From Octopus bimaculoides (Eukaryota), in NCBI RefSeq assembly GCF_001194135.2, contig NC_068981.1, forward strand, positions 187,027,109-187,089,381: DNA of 62,273 nucleotides. The letters are read 5' to 3'. The position numbers and the translations under genes were made by a program. Every line of letters starts with the position of its first letter. The stretch's first letter is position 1. The notes under the pieces were generated by a model, which did no database searches, was not told the origin of the DNA, and saw only the letters and a list, made by a program, of their open reading frames with translations. Shown here in pieces: positions 60,912-62,273 of this stretch.

Positions 60912-62230
60912 GAAGGGCATCCAGCTGTAGAAACTCTGCCAAATTAGATTGGAGCCTGGTGTTGCCATCCGGTTTCACCAGTCCTCAGTCAAATCGTCCA
61001 ACCCATGCTAGCATGGAAGGCGGACGTTAAACGATGATGATGATGATACATCCACATTTAGGGAATAGAGTAGATAANNNNNNNNNNNNNNNNNNNNNNN
61101 NNNNNNNNNNNNNNNNNNNNNNNNNNNNNNNNNNNNNNNNNNNNNNNNNNNNNNNNNNNNNNNNNNNNNNNNNNNNNNNNNNNNNNNNNNNNNNNNNNNN
61201 NNNNNNNNNNNNNNNNNNNNNNNNNNNNNNNNNNNNNNNNNNNNNNNNNNNNNNNNNNNNNNNNNNNNNNNNNNNNNNNNNNNNNNNNNNNNNNNNNNNN
61301 NNNNNNNNNNNNNNNTATATATATATATTTATATTTAGAGTACAGATAAAATTGCAACTAATGGCATAATGTAATAGGCATATACATTTTGCTAAGAAAT
61401 GCACCATATGCATAGCTATTCTAGAAACGGCTGTAAGAGACCGTCTGCACACCTTTTTACTCCCTTATTTCTATGATATATTCTACTCCAACAACTCCAC
61501 AATTATGTTCAAATTATAAATTCCATGCTCTAAAGTGATATCAATTATTTGCACATTCATTTTTTTTTTTTAATATATATATATATATATATATAGACAT
61601 TTATATCCCATTTATATTCTGATCCTCATCACTTGTGAGTATGTCCGGCATTTTGCCACCATCTCTATCCTGCTGTCTCCCACTCTGTCTTTCTCTTCTT
61701 CTCCTGCACTTCCTTCAGATTGGGTAACCATGTATTTCCTTTGCAGTAGGACACCTGTTCCCATCTTCATTCCTGATCTCTCTCTCTCTCTCTCTCTCTT
61801 TAGCCGGGTAATCTTATATTTCCTCTACAGCAAGACACCTGTTTTTGTCTCATTGTCTCACTATAACCTTTCATCATCAGACATAAGATCACCTCCTCCA
61901 ATGCTTCCTCCCCCTCTTGAAAGCTCTTTTTGTCTTGCAAGTACTTGGTAACCCTGTCAGTGCAGGTGCCACTTAAAAGCACCCAGTCCACACTACAAAG
62001 TGGTTGGTGTACGGAAGGGCATCCAGCAGTAAAAACCTTGTCAAAACTGATCTTGCCTGTGCTTGTGCTACATAAAAAGCAGTAGGTTGGTGTTAGGAAG
62101 GGCATCCAGCTGTAAAAATCCTGCCGAAACAGTCACAGAAGCTTGGTGCAGGCTTCTGCCTGGCCGGCTCTTGCAAAACCGTCCCACACATGCTAGCATG
62201 GAAGGCAGATGTTAATTGATGATGATGATA
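59630..62230. mobile_element. Dense cluster of (CAT/ATG)n-tailed retroposon and SINE copies in both orientations (~59630-59790 -, ~60020-60200, ~60540-61050 +, ~61600-62230 +)
   Basis: Repeated gttaggaagggcatccagc...ccatgc(t/c)agcatggaa...gatgatgat signatures. Confidence 0.78.
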
Positions 62231-62273
62231 TAGATGTATATCTGTATATATATATATATTTTTTTTAAAATAT

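Noticed and set aside
54250-62273. ACIN1 SAP-domain and start exons
   Set aside because: No SAP-like or FQPN-like coding exon could be found; they are presumably beyond the right edge or in a gap.

Overview
AT-rich eukaryotic genomic DNA with six N gaps, most likely from an octopus (inferred from the repeat families, not checked). Nearly the whole window is one minus-strand gene, Acinus (ACIN1, a component of the ASAP/EJC splicing complex). I reconstructed 15 GT-AG coding exons between 54247 and 1861. They join in phase into an 833-codon open frame with the FIKQYL motif, RS-rich region, RKRKWG/ISTDSLK motif, RRM and RSB motif. The SAP-domain 5' exons are not in the window, and the 3' end is unresolved. 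The introns are full of SINE-like elements, piggyBac/hAT/Tc1-mariner MITEs and an RTE LINE fragment, but two long stretches are almost repeat-free and carry stop-containing exon candidates. Best leads: (1) a complete minimal type I hammerhead ribozyme fold at 131-196 (-) with a 5' splice-site motif in loop II; (2) an ACIN1 exon that begins with GTGAGT, so splicing rebuilds a perfect 5' splice site (a recursive-splicing exon in an EJC/ASAP gene); (3) a ~92% identical inverted MITE pair bracketing the three RRM-region exons, predicting a 672-nt in-frame circRNA; (4) several poison-exon and internal-promoter candidates. All of this was read by eye with no alignment, folding or expression data, and repeat boundaries are approximate.
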